Positions 1 through 12,092 of a stretch of DNA of 64,000 nt are shown piece by piece. The notes under the pieces are model-generated. The model was not told the origin of the DNA, searched no databases, and saw nothing but the letters and a program-made list of their open reading frames with translations. The DNA is taken from NCBI GenBank assembly GCA_040357565.1, contig JBDODJ010000060.1. The stretch is one strand, 5' to 3'. Within the stretch, counting starts at the first letter, position 1. Each line of letters opens with the position of its first letter. Made by a program: the position numbers and the translations under genes. This DNA comes from Cercozoa sp. M6MM (lineage: Eukaryota > Protista > Endomyxa: Ascetosporea).

Positions 1-85
1 CGGCAACGCCACCGGCGGCGGCATTAACTTGGGCGCCTCCAGCGCCAGCAATTTCGACTTCAGCGGCGGCGCCATGCGAGGCTAG
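1..85 (+). CDS. 3' end of a gene entering from the left (…GNATGGGINLGASSASNFDFSGGAMRG*), product unknown
   Basis: Open frame with GC-rich codon usage ending in TAG at 83-85; too short to identify. Confidence 0.4.
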   Translation, partial: GNATGGGINLGASSASNFDFSGGAMRG

Positions 86-398
86 TGAGTTAGTTAGTTC
101 AGTCTGTTAAGAAACCGAACCAACGATGTGAGTTCCCCTCGCCTGTACCAGTCCTGCGCTGGGACGGTTCGGTCTGCTGACGGAAGACACGAAATTAGCG
201 AGTACGGACGGGAACAGTAGAGACGGAGTGCAGAGGGTGGTGTATAAATACACCGGACGGGCCCGAGAGAAACGGGCAGAAGAGCCAGTTGCACCAGTAG
301 GATAGTACCGTACGGTAGCACCTGGCTGGGGACACGAGCGAACGTTGATCGAACGTTCTCGTGTGTGACCATGTTGATGTGAGTGTGTGTGAACCCCA

Positions 399-871
399 TC
401 AGCGACGCCAGCGGCGGAAGGAGCGACGAGCCTCCAGTGCACACGGCTGCGCACTGCTCGAGCGCACAGCAATGGCACGTCGCAGCTGCAGCTCCAGGTA
501 GCGACGGAAGGCGCGACGCGCACAGCAGGCTACGCGGAAGGCAGCGGCACGTCGCTCGAGTTCCTGCAGACGCGCCAGTCGGCGTCTGGCCTGGCAGGCA
601 GCCTCGGCGGCCACCTGACGCATCTGCTGGCGCAGCAGCTGTCGGCGACACCAGCACTCGCGGAATGAAGTCGAACCTCGCTGCTGCTGACGCTGCTGCT
701 GCTGCCGCAGACACTCCAGCGCAGCAGAGTCACTCTCCAGCAGACGCATCAAGCGGAGCTCTTGCGGCGAGGCACTTGCCGTACTTGCAGGAGTCGCGTG
801 CTGCTGCAGAGGCGACTCGGTGTTGTCGGGCACCCGCTGGCACCCGAGGAAGGCGCTCAGGATTGTCTGCA

Positions 872-917
<46 letters not shown>

Positions 918-1141
918 CAGTGTGAAACCGTAATCACAAAGACAGACAATATACAAACTAAAACAAAGACAAAATCACAAAGACAGAAACACAAAAAACA
1001 AAGACAAAAAAAAACACACACACAAAACAACACAAAGTGAGAGGGCAGTTCCCAGGCATCCCCAGCACACCAGGTGCATGCAGAAACCCAACATACGGCA
1101 ACACGCAGCGACATACGAGCACTGAGCACATTGTGTACCAT
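399..1141 (-). CDS. Hypothetical protein with a Q/R-rich coiled-coil last exon; 5' exons uncertain
   Basis: Exon from acceptor ...gtggtgcag (~868) to stop at 399 (TILSAFLG…LRQQQQRQQQR…), preceded by a TG-microsatellite intron. Confidence 0.45.
878..916. repeat. (CA)n microsatellite, intronic
   Basis: Directly visible. Confidence 0.95.
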
Positions 1142-2475
1142 TCCCGATCACGCCAAAATCAGTCTCTTAGTGCTCAAAGCACTCTCAATCTTTGCGTAGT
1201 AGTCGTTGCGCTACAAATCTATGTCCAAAACAGTGTGTGGTGAGAGACGCAGCGTGCTTCTTTGTTCAAACCACGTGCCACGCACTCAATGTGGCTACAA
1301 CATCAAACTGCGAAGATTCGGCAGGCCAGCGTGTGTCAGCATGGTATAACACCGCTAGTGGCACCCTCGACGCACCCCACCCCACACGAAACGCACAGAG
1401 CCAGGGCCAAAGCAACGAGAGTGCACAGATTAGATGTGGGACCTGTGCAGCGGGCACTCCAAACTGCACAAACCCCACGGCACACCTCGCGGCGAGCTCC
1501 CGGCACGCAACAAAAAGCTAGTTTTGCAAAAAATCACGCGCGCAGCGTTTCTCCCCACGAGAGTGACTAGTGACCCTTTTGTGAGTGGTAGACACGTGCA
1601 AGCATTGTCTCACACAATCTAAACCTGCCAAAACATCTAATTGAGCTGAATGAGACACATCATGCCGACTGTACTATTTTTGTGGGAACAGCATGATCTG
1701 ATCTGGCGGAAGGACACACGACGGACGGAGCCAACTTACTGTACTATACTGCAGCCATAGTCCATGTCGGATGTAGATGTGCACTCATCGATATCTCACG
1801 GCATACAACATATTCCTTTTCCTCTCACATTAATGCTACAGCTTTTTGTGGGAATTATCATATGAGAGCAGCAGATCATCTCTTTTGAACCAAAAGGAGC
1901 CGCCAGTCAGGCTGGCAGACGAGGACTAGTTGCCGTGATTATCGCATCCGATCGATCGCACGATACTGTATACTGTACCGCACCAAAACCAGTTGAGGAG
2001 TTGAGTAGGTGTGCGTTGTTGCCGGCGTTGTCAGTCGCTCGCATCTGTCGATGTTATAGCTAAACTTACACACAGATACATAACCACATAAACTTACATC
2101 AATTTACACATACAATAGTATACGCATCGCATGCTAGCTAGACCCATACATGTTACGTACGGTAAATTAAAATCTCAGCCTACGCTAGTATACGAAACAA
2201 CGATGACGCAAGTAAATTTATCGTATCGTGTTGACTCAACCGAACGCCTCGAGTGTCAGCAATAATTTAAACTACTGCTGTAAATTTAGAACGAAAAGGG
2301 GCCGGACGTTGAATAGGTAAACTTACGGTACGGTTGGTGATTTAACTTACGTTACTAAGAGGCAATATTACGGTAATACAATCGAATCGGATCCGATCGA
2401 TTACCCAACACTCGCACCCGCGTCGCCGTAACTCGCCTCAGCAGGCCAGGCCGTCCATATGATGATAACTGTGGG

Positions 2476-4051
2476 CTACACGGTGGCGTGCGACAGCTTG
2501 TGCTCGCAGCCGTTCTCCACGATGCGCTGGAAGGCAGCTGGTCAAAAGCAGACGCCGCCACACATAACACAGGATGGCTCAACGCAAAAGTAAGTACGGT
2601 ACAAAATAAAGGGGATGGTGTGGTGTAAATTAAGTTACATGCAAAACGCCGACGGAACTCCTGATCGTCCTGCGCGAGAGTCTCGCAGCAGCGGCGGAAG
2701 GACATGTCCTGTGCCAGCACCATGTCGACTGGCATCATGGTGAGCTCGCCGGTCTCGTCGTCGTGGTATTGCACCGGCCGACCCATCAACTTGTCGTGCT
2801 CACTACAGGTAACAACATGGTATGCAGACGGAGGGGGTGGGGGGTAAAGCTACCTCTGCACCCAGGTGCGCGTGAGGAGCTCCTTGAAGTATGAGTTGTC
2901 GAACTCGTGCGGGTTCTCGGTGTGCGCGCCCGAGTACTCGCTGATGTAGCTGTGCATACGGCCCACGGTGTGTCCACCGCCCATCAACTACACAGCATCA
3001 ACACACAGCATACGATGGGCAGGTATGGAGGTACACTGGCCTAGCCCTACCGCCACAATGTCCATGTCGTCGTGCACGTTGAGTCGCGCGAACAGCTTGC
3101 GCATGTAGGCCGCTGTCATGTGTCGCGTGCGCTCCGGGTTTTCTTCAGAGAGGTGGGTAAAAGGTGTGAGAGGGGGGGGGGGGTAAAGCACAGGTACTGG
3201 ACACAACGCCGGCCGGGTCGGGCAGTCGACGCGCAAAATCGTTGCTGCTCTTGTCGGCGTCGGTGCGACCCGGTCGGAATGCCTGTGGACACCCTTGTTT
3301 GTAGTTGGAGAGAGTACACACTAGGGGGAGTCAAGGGACAGTACAATATCGGGACCGCCCATCTGCTTGATGCCGACACAGGCGGCCAGCACGTAGAGGT
3401 CGGCGTGTGACACGGTGCCCTTGTACTTCTGGTACACCGACTCGAGTCGCTCGACCACCTTGTCGATGCCGAAGTTGCCGAGTGCCTCCTTCTCCGGCGA
3501 GTGACTGCCAACACAGCCTTAACCACTACACACGAGCAGAACACCAGGTGTACCGAATGGAGGCGCCGTCGCAGCCGCCAGTCTCGGAGGCAGTGTCGAA
3601 CGTGAAGGCCATGTTGCTCACCATGCGCACCACGGCAGGTGCCCACGAGCCCGTGACCTGCGTCTCGTCCAGCAGCGTGTGCTCCAGGTCACTGCGAACG
3701 GCGTCCCAGTTCACTTTCTCCTGTCCAATCAGCAGCCAGGTCAGACAGTTCAGTCAGGCAGTTCAGTCAAGTCACCCACTCAACAACATCATGCAACCAG
3801 ATAGATACAGCACGGAACACAGCAAGACAAATACAGGATAATCGAGAAACTCAGGCTACATCGATCGAAGCTGGTGCCTGCATCCACCGGCGAACCAGGC
3901 AGTAGCCACCCACGCCTGCACCGACGCCGATCGCGAACGGTGCCAGAAAACCTGTGCCACCAGCTGCAGCCAAAATGGCGCCCACCTCTGCCATGCGGCG
4001 CTTCTGTTGGAAAGCGCGGCGACTCGCCCGCGCGGATGTGCGCAACATCAT
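2476..4051 (-). CDS. Class I heme peroxidase family protein (cytochrome c / ascorbate peroxidase-like), probably mitochondrial; distal catalytic residues substituted
   Basis: Spliced GT-AG exons give TGGCDGASIR, SHADLYVLA, GGPDI-AFRPGRTDA, RLPD, GGGHTVGRMH, FDNSYFKELL, MMPVDMVL; N-terminal Arg-rich presequence plus a hydrophobic segment. Confidence 0.9.
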
Positions 4052-4419
4052 TGCGTCAACTTGCCAGATACAAAACCAACTGCCACACTCTTAGAGAGCA
4101 CCAGCGTGTGCACACGGTATGTTGCCGTTTCAAGGGCTTCTCAGAGATCGCCACGCTTGCTTTGAGTCAAATAAATCCCCTTTAATTCTATGAGTTTCGT
4201 TTTGTGGTCTGTTTTGCTTTATGGAGTAGATCCGCGTTTATGCTGTTATGTCGTGGATTGATTAACAGGAGGATTTCTGAAGTAGTGCTTACAAGTAGAG
4301 ACAGAAAAAACTACAGTTAAAACGAGTTCCGCTCGCGAAGCGAGCAAGGAGAGTGAAGAAACGCAACAGGCGAGCGGATCACAGTCGCGTCCACTTGCGA
4401 GAGAAAGACACGCAGGAGC

Positions 4420-5384
4420 TTAGAGCGTCACTTCCTCTGGCGAGGGGATCGTCGGGCACTACACACGCACAATGAGGTTGAACTGGAACCGAAACAGAGC
4501 GAGAGGGCTCAGAGCGAGAGGGTCAGAGGGAAAGCGTACAGCCTGCGACTTCATGGAGACGACGATGCCGACAATGAGACCGTAGAGGGCGAGAGCCTCA
4601 CCGAACACGAGCACAATGATCATCGACACCATGAGACTGGGTTGCTGGCCAACCGCACGGACACCTACAAGGCGGACAACCATTTGCGTCGAGTCCGATG
4701 ATTAATTAAGTGGGGTGCATAAGCAGCGTACCAGCGTCACCGACGATACCGATCGAGAGACCGGCGGCCAAGCACGAGAGACCCGTCATGAGACCCGAGG
4801 CGAAGTGAGCATAGCCGTCGTGGCCAGAGTACTCGTCACCGACTGCGCACAGTATACATTGTTAGCAGACACACAGACACACAGACACACACAAGCACAC
4901 ACAGACACACAAGCACACACAGACACAAGCACACAGACACACAGACAGAAAACGTACTGCGCGTGTTGATGATGATGCCGACAATGAGACCGTAGATACC
5001 GAGGATACCAGCCATGATAACCGGGATGATCGAGCGCATCACCTGTGCGCAAGAATCATCACCATCATGGCGGGCCTTCGAGAAAGCACAACGACAGAGA
5101 CGTGGCTACCATGTGCGGCGCCATGACACCCATCGACGACAGACCGACACCGGCCTTGGCTGTACCGTAGGCCGAACCCAGGTCTGATCAGAAGAAACAA
5201 TAACTCACAAAAATAAACACACCGACAAACAAAAAATTGTTGCAACAAAACCATTGCCCCTGCAACCAAGGCTTTAGCATAGACACAACGTACTAGAGAA
5301 CACGATGGCAGCGGCAATGCCCATGTAGCCGAAGAAGGGCGCTGAGGCAGGGCAGTCCGCCACTTCGAACAGAACCGGGATCAT
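4420..5384 (-). CDS. VMA3: V-type H+-ATPase proteolipid subunit c (6 exons)
   Basis: APFFGYMG…[14 protein letters not shown]…[18 protein letters not shown]…IVGDAGVRA…[14 protein letters not shown]; five GT-AG introns. Confidence 0.97.
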
Positions 5385-5658
5385 GTTGCTTGCTGTTGTT
5401 AGATCTAAACGTGCGTGAGCTGTGCTATGACTCGCCTAAACGCGGTTTTCGTCAAAGTGCGACTTGTAGCGAGCCGGGAAGGCTCGTACAAGAAAAGTCG
5501 TGCTGGATCCGATCAGCTTTTTTGTGGTTAACGGTGCGTACTGCTTGCACACCAAGACCTGTGGCGATTCACGTGCAATCCAGAGCGTGTGCACACAAGG
5601 TGAGTGGTAGTGCTGCAGTACAGGCAAACCCAATGGCTGAATTCTTTTTGTGCATCAG

Positions 5659-6615
5659 ATGTCGTCTGCAAGCAAGCATGTGCGCGCCATGCGCGTCATG
5701 ATGCGCAAGGAGCGTCGTCAGGTGCTCGGTAGACACCTGGTCGATCCGATGGCTCAGGTGAATTTTGATTAGATGACTCCCAGATCAAAATTGCAAGCGA
5801 AGCGGTGTGTTTTAGGTGCTTCGCCCGCGTGGCGAGCCTCGTGGTACCTGGGTGCTGCTCGACATGCTTCGCGGCAAGAAGACGGGTACTTTTACGCCTG
5901 CTCCGTGCGTTATTGTATGCTCTGTCACAAATAAATACAGCCAAGCCGTTCTTGACGCGTGCCAAGGAGTACCTGTTCTACCAGAAGCACGGTTCGTTTC
6001 CAGTGTTTTGGGGATGTGTTCTCCTGTGCACCCGGGTTGTCTTCTGCAGGCATGCAGTACGTGTCGTACGGTTTCTACGTGCTGACCGCCGCCACGGCGT
6101 TCCTCGGCTTCTTCATGTGTGTTACATTCATCTCTGCCCTGCTGATACGGAGATTTTGTGTACAGCTACGGCGCTTTCGTTGCCGGTGACGATCCTTACT
6201 ACATGCAGAAGAGATTCGCCGTACATTGCTTTGCTCGCCTTTAACCAACGTACATTTAATTATGTGAGCACGCTCCTCAGGCCAATCTGATCGACGAGCA
6301 CCTCGAAAATGGCGAGGCTGGTATGTTCCGTTTTGGTTCTGTAGACTTGTGTTAGATGTGATGTCTTGACGCAGGCTACTACTCGGACTACTGGAAGTAC
6401 GTGGTGCGACCGGAGCACACCTGGAAATTCGACCACGGCTACAGCCGCCAGCTCACTGAGCAGCAGATCCTCTACTGTACTGCTGTGCTTTTGCTGTCGT
6501 CTGTGGTCAGTCAGTACGCTCTTTGTGGGCAGACAAGAAGGCACTGCGCTCTCTGCACCCGTCGAACGCGATCAGTTTGCTTGAGGAGGATCTCAACACT
6601 CAGACGAGTGGATAA
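5659..6615 (+). CDS. Unknown single-pass membrane protein (~175 aa, 7 exons), possibly mitochondrial
   Basis: Clean GT-AG splice path MSSASKHVRAMRVMMRKERRQ…YGFYVLTAATAFLGFFIYGAFV…NTQTSG*; strong C/G-ending codon bias; probable 5'UTR intron ending immediately before the ATG. Confidence 0.75.
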
Positions 6616-6826
6616 GAATGAACGCCGGCTGCCGACTTCGTCTGCTGAGTCGCGAGTCACGCCTCCCCCGCGACCTTTTTTTAATTTTCGTTTCTTGTTC
6701 CTACAGTGACATATCAGACAGTTTTCGTTGCGACTGAGTTAACCCTGCCGCTAATTATAAGGGTTAAAGAACTTAGGTCGAGTCCTTGCTTGCTTCCCGA
6801 CGGTGACAGCAATAATCGAAACCTAC

Positions 6827-7337
6827 TCAGTAGCAGTCGCGGCGGAGAGTGTTCGCGCGCGTGACCGCTCGTTGAGTTCGTGTTGGAATTGCAGCAACTC
6901 TTCCAGAAGAACGACCTGGTCCACGTACCTGTCAGCGCGTTGCCTGGCCTCTTCGTCCTACATATGTAATGTATTTCGCACGCGACAAGATCAGGAGAAG
7001 TACGGTTGGTGGCGTGAGGTTGAGTTTCAGGTTAACGGTCGTAAAGTGATCGACAAGGTAAACTCCTGTAGTTGTCGAAAGTCCCATCACGACCACCTGT
7101 GTGGCGATAGGTCTATGTATAGAACAAATTCGAGTCCATGTACCAGCGCTACCATAACTAGCTTATCCTTCAATGACATCCTCAGAATCGGGAGGTTCCA
7201 TTGTGCGTTGTTGACCTACCACCCCGGGAAATGCACAGATACATGGAGACAATGAATCAACAAAGTACCTCGCGAACGAGACCTGCACTTTTCATGTCAC
7301 GCGTTCGCGCCAGCGACAGAAATCGCCTTCCCAGCAT
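6827..7337 (-). CDS. Small unknown single-pass membrane protein (~115 aa, 4 exons), presequence-like N-terminus
   Basis: MLGRRFLSLARTRDMKSAGLVRE|VNNAQW…VMVAL|VVVMGLSTTTGVYLV…|DEEARQRADRYVDQ…RDCY*; three GTAC…AG introns. Confidence 0.65.
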
Positions 7338-7501
7338 TCTGATCAACAAAATAGCGAAGGATACCACTTCTGCACACTCTCACAGCTCGACTGAAGGCAA
7401 ATAAATTGGTTAAGGACTCCGCTTTTGAGAAATGGAAAGTGGCCGATCGGTGGAAGCGTGCACAAAGGAGTGTTCTACTGGTTTGGTAGTGCACACTTGC
7501 C

Positions 7502-9382
7502 ATGACGCATCGTCTTCTGCGCGGCGCGTTTAAATTCGTGGTCGATCCGCGACCGCGCGTTTTGCTGCTTCCGCTGGTATGATGCGGAACTGACCGGCTT
7601 TCTTCTCTCCTAAGCGGTTTGTGTGCTCAGGTGGCGTATGGCCTCGCACAGACATGTGATTTTGAGCGTCCTGCCTTGCTTCCTGAGCGCTTGCCGCCGC
7701 TTGGCGAAAAGCTGACGTTGTCACGCGAAGGTGTGGATTCTGTTTTGCGGATTTGTTTGACGGATTTCTGTTTGACGTGCTTTTCGCTTTCAGAGCACAC
7801 AAAACTGTGGGCACCGCGTGAAAACGAAGAGAAAAAGGCGAAGCGAAAGGTGCCCGGCCATGTTTTCACAGTTTTAATTGTCTGCATTGTCAAGTTTGCG
7901 CTTTAGATACCGGTGAGACCGAAGCTGCCTGATGTGCATAGTTCGGGCCCGCTTGAGCGCAAGAACCCCTCTCGCATTGCTGTACGTAGATTATTTTGTT
8001 GTGTTAAAGAGTTAGCAATTTAAGTTTCTACAGGCCTTGCAATGTTTTGTCGATGAGAGCGATGTGCGGCAACGACAACTTCGTGCGGATTTGCAGCAGA
8101 TGTTGCACGATGTCGCTTACACGAGGTAGCGCGTGTTTCGCTCACCAATCACATGAGATTGTTTGGTTGCCTTTAGTCCCGAACTCGCCTACCTGTCGCG
8201 AGTGCAGGTATGCATAGCTTTGCAAACTCGTAGCCGTAAGCTTGCTTTTACTCTGCCTCCAAACCAAATAGGTGCATGTCGTCGATGACAAGCGAATCGG
8301 CATTTTGAAGCCTCACATTCAGCTGTCGCTTGACAAGTGAGTTTGTCCTGTCTTGTCTTATCATCTGCTGCTGTGCGTTGATCTTGACATTGTGTAGGGA
8401 GGATGACCGTGTGTTCTTGTTGGGTGACTACGACATTTGCGTTTCGACTGAGATGCTCAATTACTACGGTCGAATGCAGGTGTGCTTGCTTTCTATCGTT
8501 CGAACTGTCTGGGCTGTGTAGCACATCTTTTTCGTTGGCACAGGTACTGTCGGCCGTGATGCACATGGTGGGTCACGTGGCCAGTCGCACATTGTGCCAA
8601 CGCCGAGGTAGCTTCTTTGTGATTTTATTGACTTTCCGATCTATTCGCGGTACCACAGGCATCCTTGAGGCCCCGATTGAGGTTCCTTTCTTTGGTGAAT
8701 ACAAAGTCAACCTGCTCGAAGCTGCCTCGTTCGTGGCACTGCCTTTCTTCTTCCACGCACTGTGCTACCGCTCGCTCGAGCGCTGGTGGAAGCGCCTGCA
8801 GTACGAAGCTGCAGACTCTGCTGCGTATGTTCATTTATCTGATTTGTTTGTTGGCAGATAGATATATGTGTGTGTGTGTGTGTGTGTGCAGACTGACACT
8901 GTGGAATGTCACAAGGCTGGGTCGTGAGGCGACTCATTCGTACTCGCTTCTTTTGGCGTCGGTGCTGGATAGCAGCAACAGCGACAAGTGGATTGATCGG
9001 TCTTACAACTCGGTACGCATCTCCACTCATGGGTTTATAACTAACTCCCTTCCTGCTTTTGGTAGCGATTCGTGGTGTTCTCGCCAGCCATGCAGAATTG
9101 GTTCTGGCACCTTGATCGCGACATTGGTTTCTGGGCTCATCGCATTAAGCGACTGGTACATCCCCCCCCCCCGCGCTCTCTATTGCTCCATAGTGTTTAA
9201 CTTCACACTTTATGTCCAGGTGCACTTGGAGGAGAAGTGGGGTATGCAAAAGCGACTGCCCGACGGCACCATCTCTGCCTGGGTAAATACACTCGTGTAC
9301 CCGCCACCGCTCTGCATCTACCGTGTGTTCGATGCAGGTGCCGCCGCAACACGTTCCGGTTGAAGTTCCCAAAACGGCGTAG
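7502..9382 (+). CDS. Peptidase M48 (OMA1-like) family protein with HMVGH in place of HEXXH
   Basis: Multi-exon path; ICVSTEML…VLSAVMHMVGHVA, a hydrophobic segment, then RLQYEAADSAA, matching the M48 layout (I.V.TGLL…LA.VL.HE..H…R..E.EAD). Confidence 0.6.
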
Positions 9383-9681
9383 TCAGTTGTTCAAGCCTCT
9401 AGGAGCATCGCGTTTGGTTCGCGACCGTTCACGTCGATCCCTCTTTTCATATTATACTTCTGTTTCGTTTCCTTCAAACCGCTCAACTGACCGGAAATTA
9501 TTCGCCGACACGTGCAAACACGCATGAGCCCCCGGTACCCCAGTTACGCTAACACGCGCGGAATGGAATTAAGTCTAAGTTAACGAGGAACGGACGCGAA
9601 TTATACCCGTATTTTACTACTACGCGGATCGTCGCGTACGTTGCTCAACTTGAAAGCAAATCGACTGCCATCCCACCTGAG

Positions 9682-11198
9682 TCAAACGAGAAGGTGCGAC
9701 AACACAACAGCAACAGCGTTGCTCACGTTCTATACAAAATGAAGATGCATCCCCAGGAGGATACACGGAGAACTGAGAGATAAAATACGAGGGAATCGAC
9801 GCCGTAGTGCGCCAGTTCGGCCGACCTGTGGGCAGCTTGCGGGATTGTTACATGTGACTGCGCAGTGATAAATGAGATGAAAATGACTCAAATTCATAAC
9901 ATCAGTGGTACAGTGCAAGGCATAGCATCACGCAGTCCATCTGAAAACACAAGGAATTAAACATATGCAGAAAGCCCTAGCAACGCGAGGCACCATGTTC
10001 GTTGCTTGCAACGAGAACGACATGTCGCGTTGTTTCTTTCGGTTTGTAGTCGCGCACAGAAACAGAGTCGGACTGCAACGACATGCCGAGCACCTCAATG
10101 TCTTGTCTTTCGCTCTAAGAAAACACAGATAGGATCAGGCAAATGAACGGTGGGGAAGGGATACCATTTGTTGTTTGAGAAATTCGACAACACCCGCTGG
10201 CCGCACAACTGGCAGCCACTCAATCGCACCAGCACTAGCAGAACAACATCGAGGAGGCTAACAAAGATATCAAGCAAAGCGATATACCTTGTTTTCGACA
10301 CAATCGGCGACAGTGGCGCACTGTTTTTCGCAGACACCATGACGCCAGATGCTCCGAAGAACGCAGACGAGCGTGCGATCTGGAACAGACCGGGGGAAAT
10401 TTGTTGGAAACTACAGCAAGGGTGAAAAGAAAACCAACCGCTCCAAGATTTTGCGGGTCCAATACGCGATCCGCGAGCACCCATACATAGAGCTGTTGCA
10501 CACGGAGCGTATATTAACAAAATGAACAGTAAAGTTAGGAGAAAACCAAACACACCTTTTGTTCGCCCACGAGTTTTTCAGCATCGTCAAATGTAGCGAT
10601 GACGTTCACCGGCAACGAGCCGACATCCTTCAGTCTAAACATACCTCAGCGTGAAAGGGAGAAAACGCGTGATTAAGCCCAAACTATAGTACATGAAGCC
10701 GTTGTGAGGCGAGTCGAAGAGCATGTGCTCATCCAACTCTCGTCGTCCGGCGTACGCCCACTGCAGCTGCAGTTTGTGCATCTGTTTCTTCAGTTCGTTC
10801 CATTGCTTTCTTCGCTTGTTGACCGCAACGTCCGAGACCAACAAGGTGGCATTCGACAAGTTACGTTGGTTCGCCATCAAGCAACTCCGAACGCTGTCGA
10901 ATCCAAACAACGTCCCATCGCTGTTATCACTGTGAATGGAGTCGCTGTTTTGGCCTCCTTGATCCGGCCCGGCACGGGTACTGCGATTTCTAGGACTGCC
11001 CCTGTTTCTGTCATTGTTCCTGCCATTGCTCCTGTCATTGTTCCTGCCGTTGCTTCTGCCACTTCTGCCAGTTCTGTTTCGGTCATTATCCCTGTCATTG
11101 CTTCGCCGATGGTTGAATGGATTGCGCGAGAACAAGCGCAGAACGCCAGTCTGATGCGGTAAGCGCCGACGGACTTGCGCACACACACTTGCGCACAT
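9682..11198 (-). CDS. MRM1: SpoU/TrmH-family rRNA 2'-O-methyltransferase (MRM1/RlmB-like), likely mitochondrial
   Basis: DRVLDPQNLGAIARSSAFFG, SAPLSPIVSKTSAGAIE, VDSLNVSNAVAV; R/N-rich N-terminal extension. Confidence 0.85.
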
Positions 11199-11348
11199 GT
11201 CACACCTTTCGATCAAAGACTGCAGCTCATCATCTCTGATGTCTTTAAAATTTGGGTCACACAGTACAGAAATGTGCATTAAGACAGCATCTTATACAGG
11301 TGCCGAATTCAGTTCTGTGACTAACGGTTAGTAGTCCAGTGTCTTACA

Positions 11349-11890
11349 ATGGTAAGAATTATAATTTTTCTATACGGCACGTGCGTCTGAGCACATGTGC
11401 TAGATGATTCGTGGCATTTTGCAAACACACTCTGGACTCTGGGCAGGACTGGGAGGGCCAGCGTGCGGCGAACTACGTCGCCACCGGCATGATGTGCATG
11501 GCCACACTGGCCTCAGTAGGTGTGGGCTACATGCGGCAAGACTTTGACCTGACCACCAAGGGCATCCTGCTTGGCGCCGTTCTGACTGCCATTGTGGTTC
11601 GACTCTACCCCCTCGCTTGGCCTTGTGTTAGTATTGTGCGAACGTAGATTGTGCCGGCATGGCCGTGCTTCCGGCGCAACAAGCAGCGCGAGTGGCAGCC
11701 CAGTGGCGCCGGCATTGCAGACCAGGAGGCACTCGAGGCTGAGAGCGGCGACAACTCGGACTCGGACCGAGACGACCTCGTGGCCGGCAGCGACGACGAC
11801 TCGCTCAGCAGCGACAACGACGACGACGCTGTTAACGACGCCGTTGGCACCGACAGAATACAACTCGACGAGGACGACAGCGATGAGTAG
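11349..11890 (+). CDS. SPCS1: Signal peptidase complex subunit 1 (SPC12) with an acidic C-terminal tail
   Basis: ATG|GTAAG intron, then DWEGQRAA…two TM helices…VPAWPCFRRNK…W. Confidence 0.85.
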
Positions 11891-12092
11891 GACATGACGA
11901 GGAAATTAAAAAACCCGTGCTGGGTTCGCCACTTGTACAGTACTTTTGTACACTCCATGGTTGTTCACTTCTCAACGACTTCAGAACAATGTAAACGGAC
12001 CTTTTTCATCCAAAAAATAACAACGCTCGACTTTTAGACTGCTGATCGCTCAATTGACCTGCGTCCACGTGTGCTTGTTGTAAAGCAAGCGC

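Noticed and set aside
5659-6615. TMEM208 assignment
   Set aside because: The full spliced protein has one central TM and lacks the TMEM208 layout
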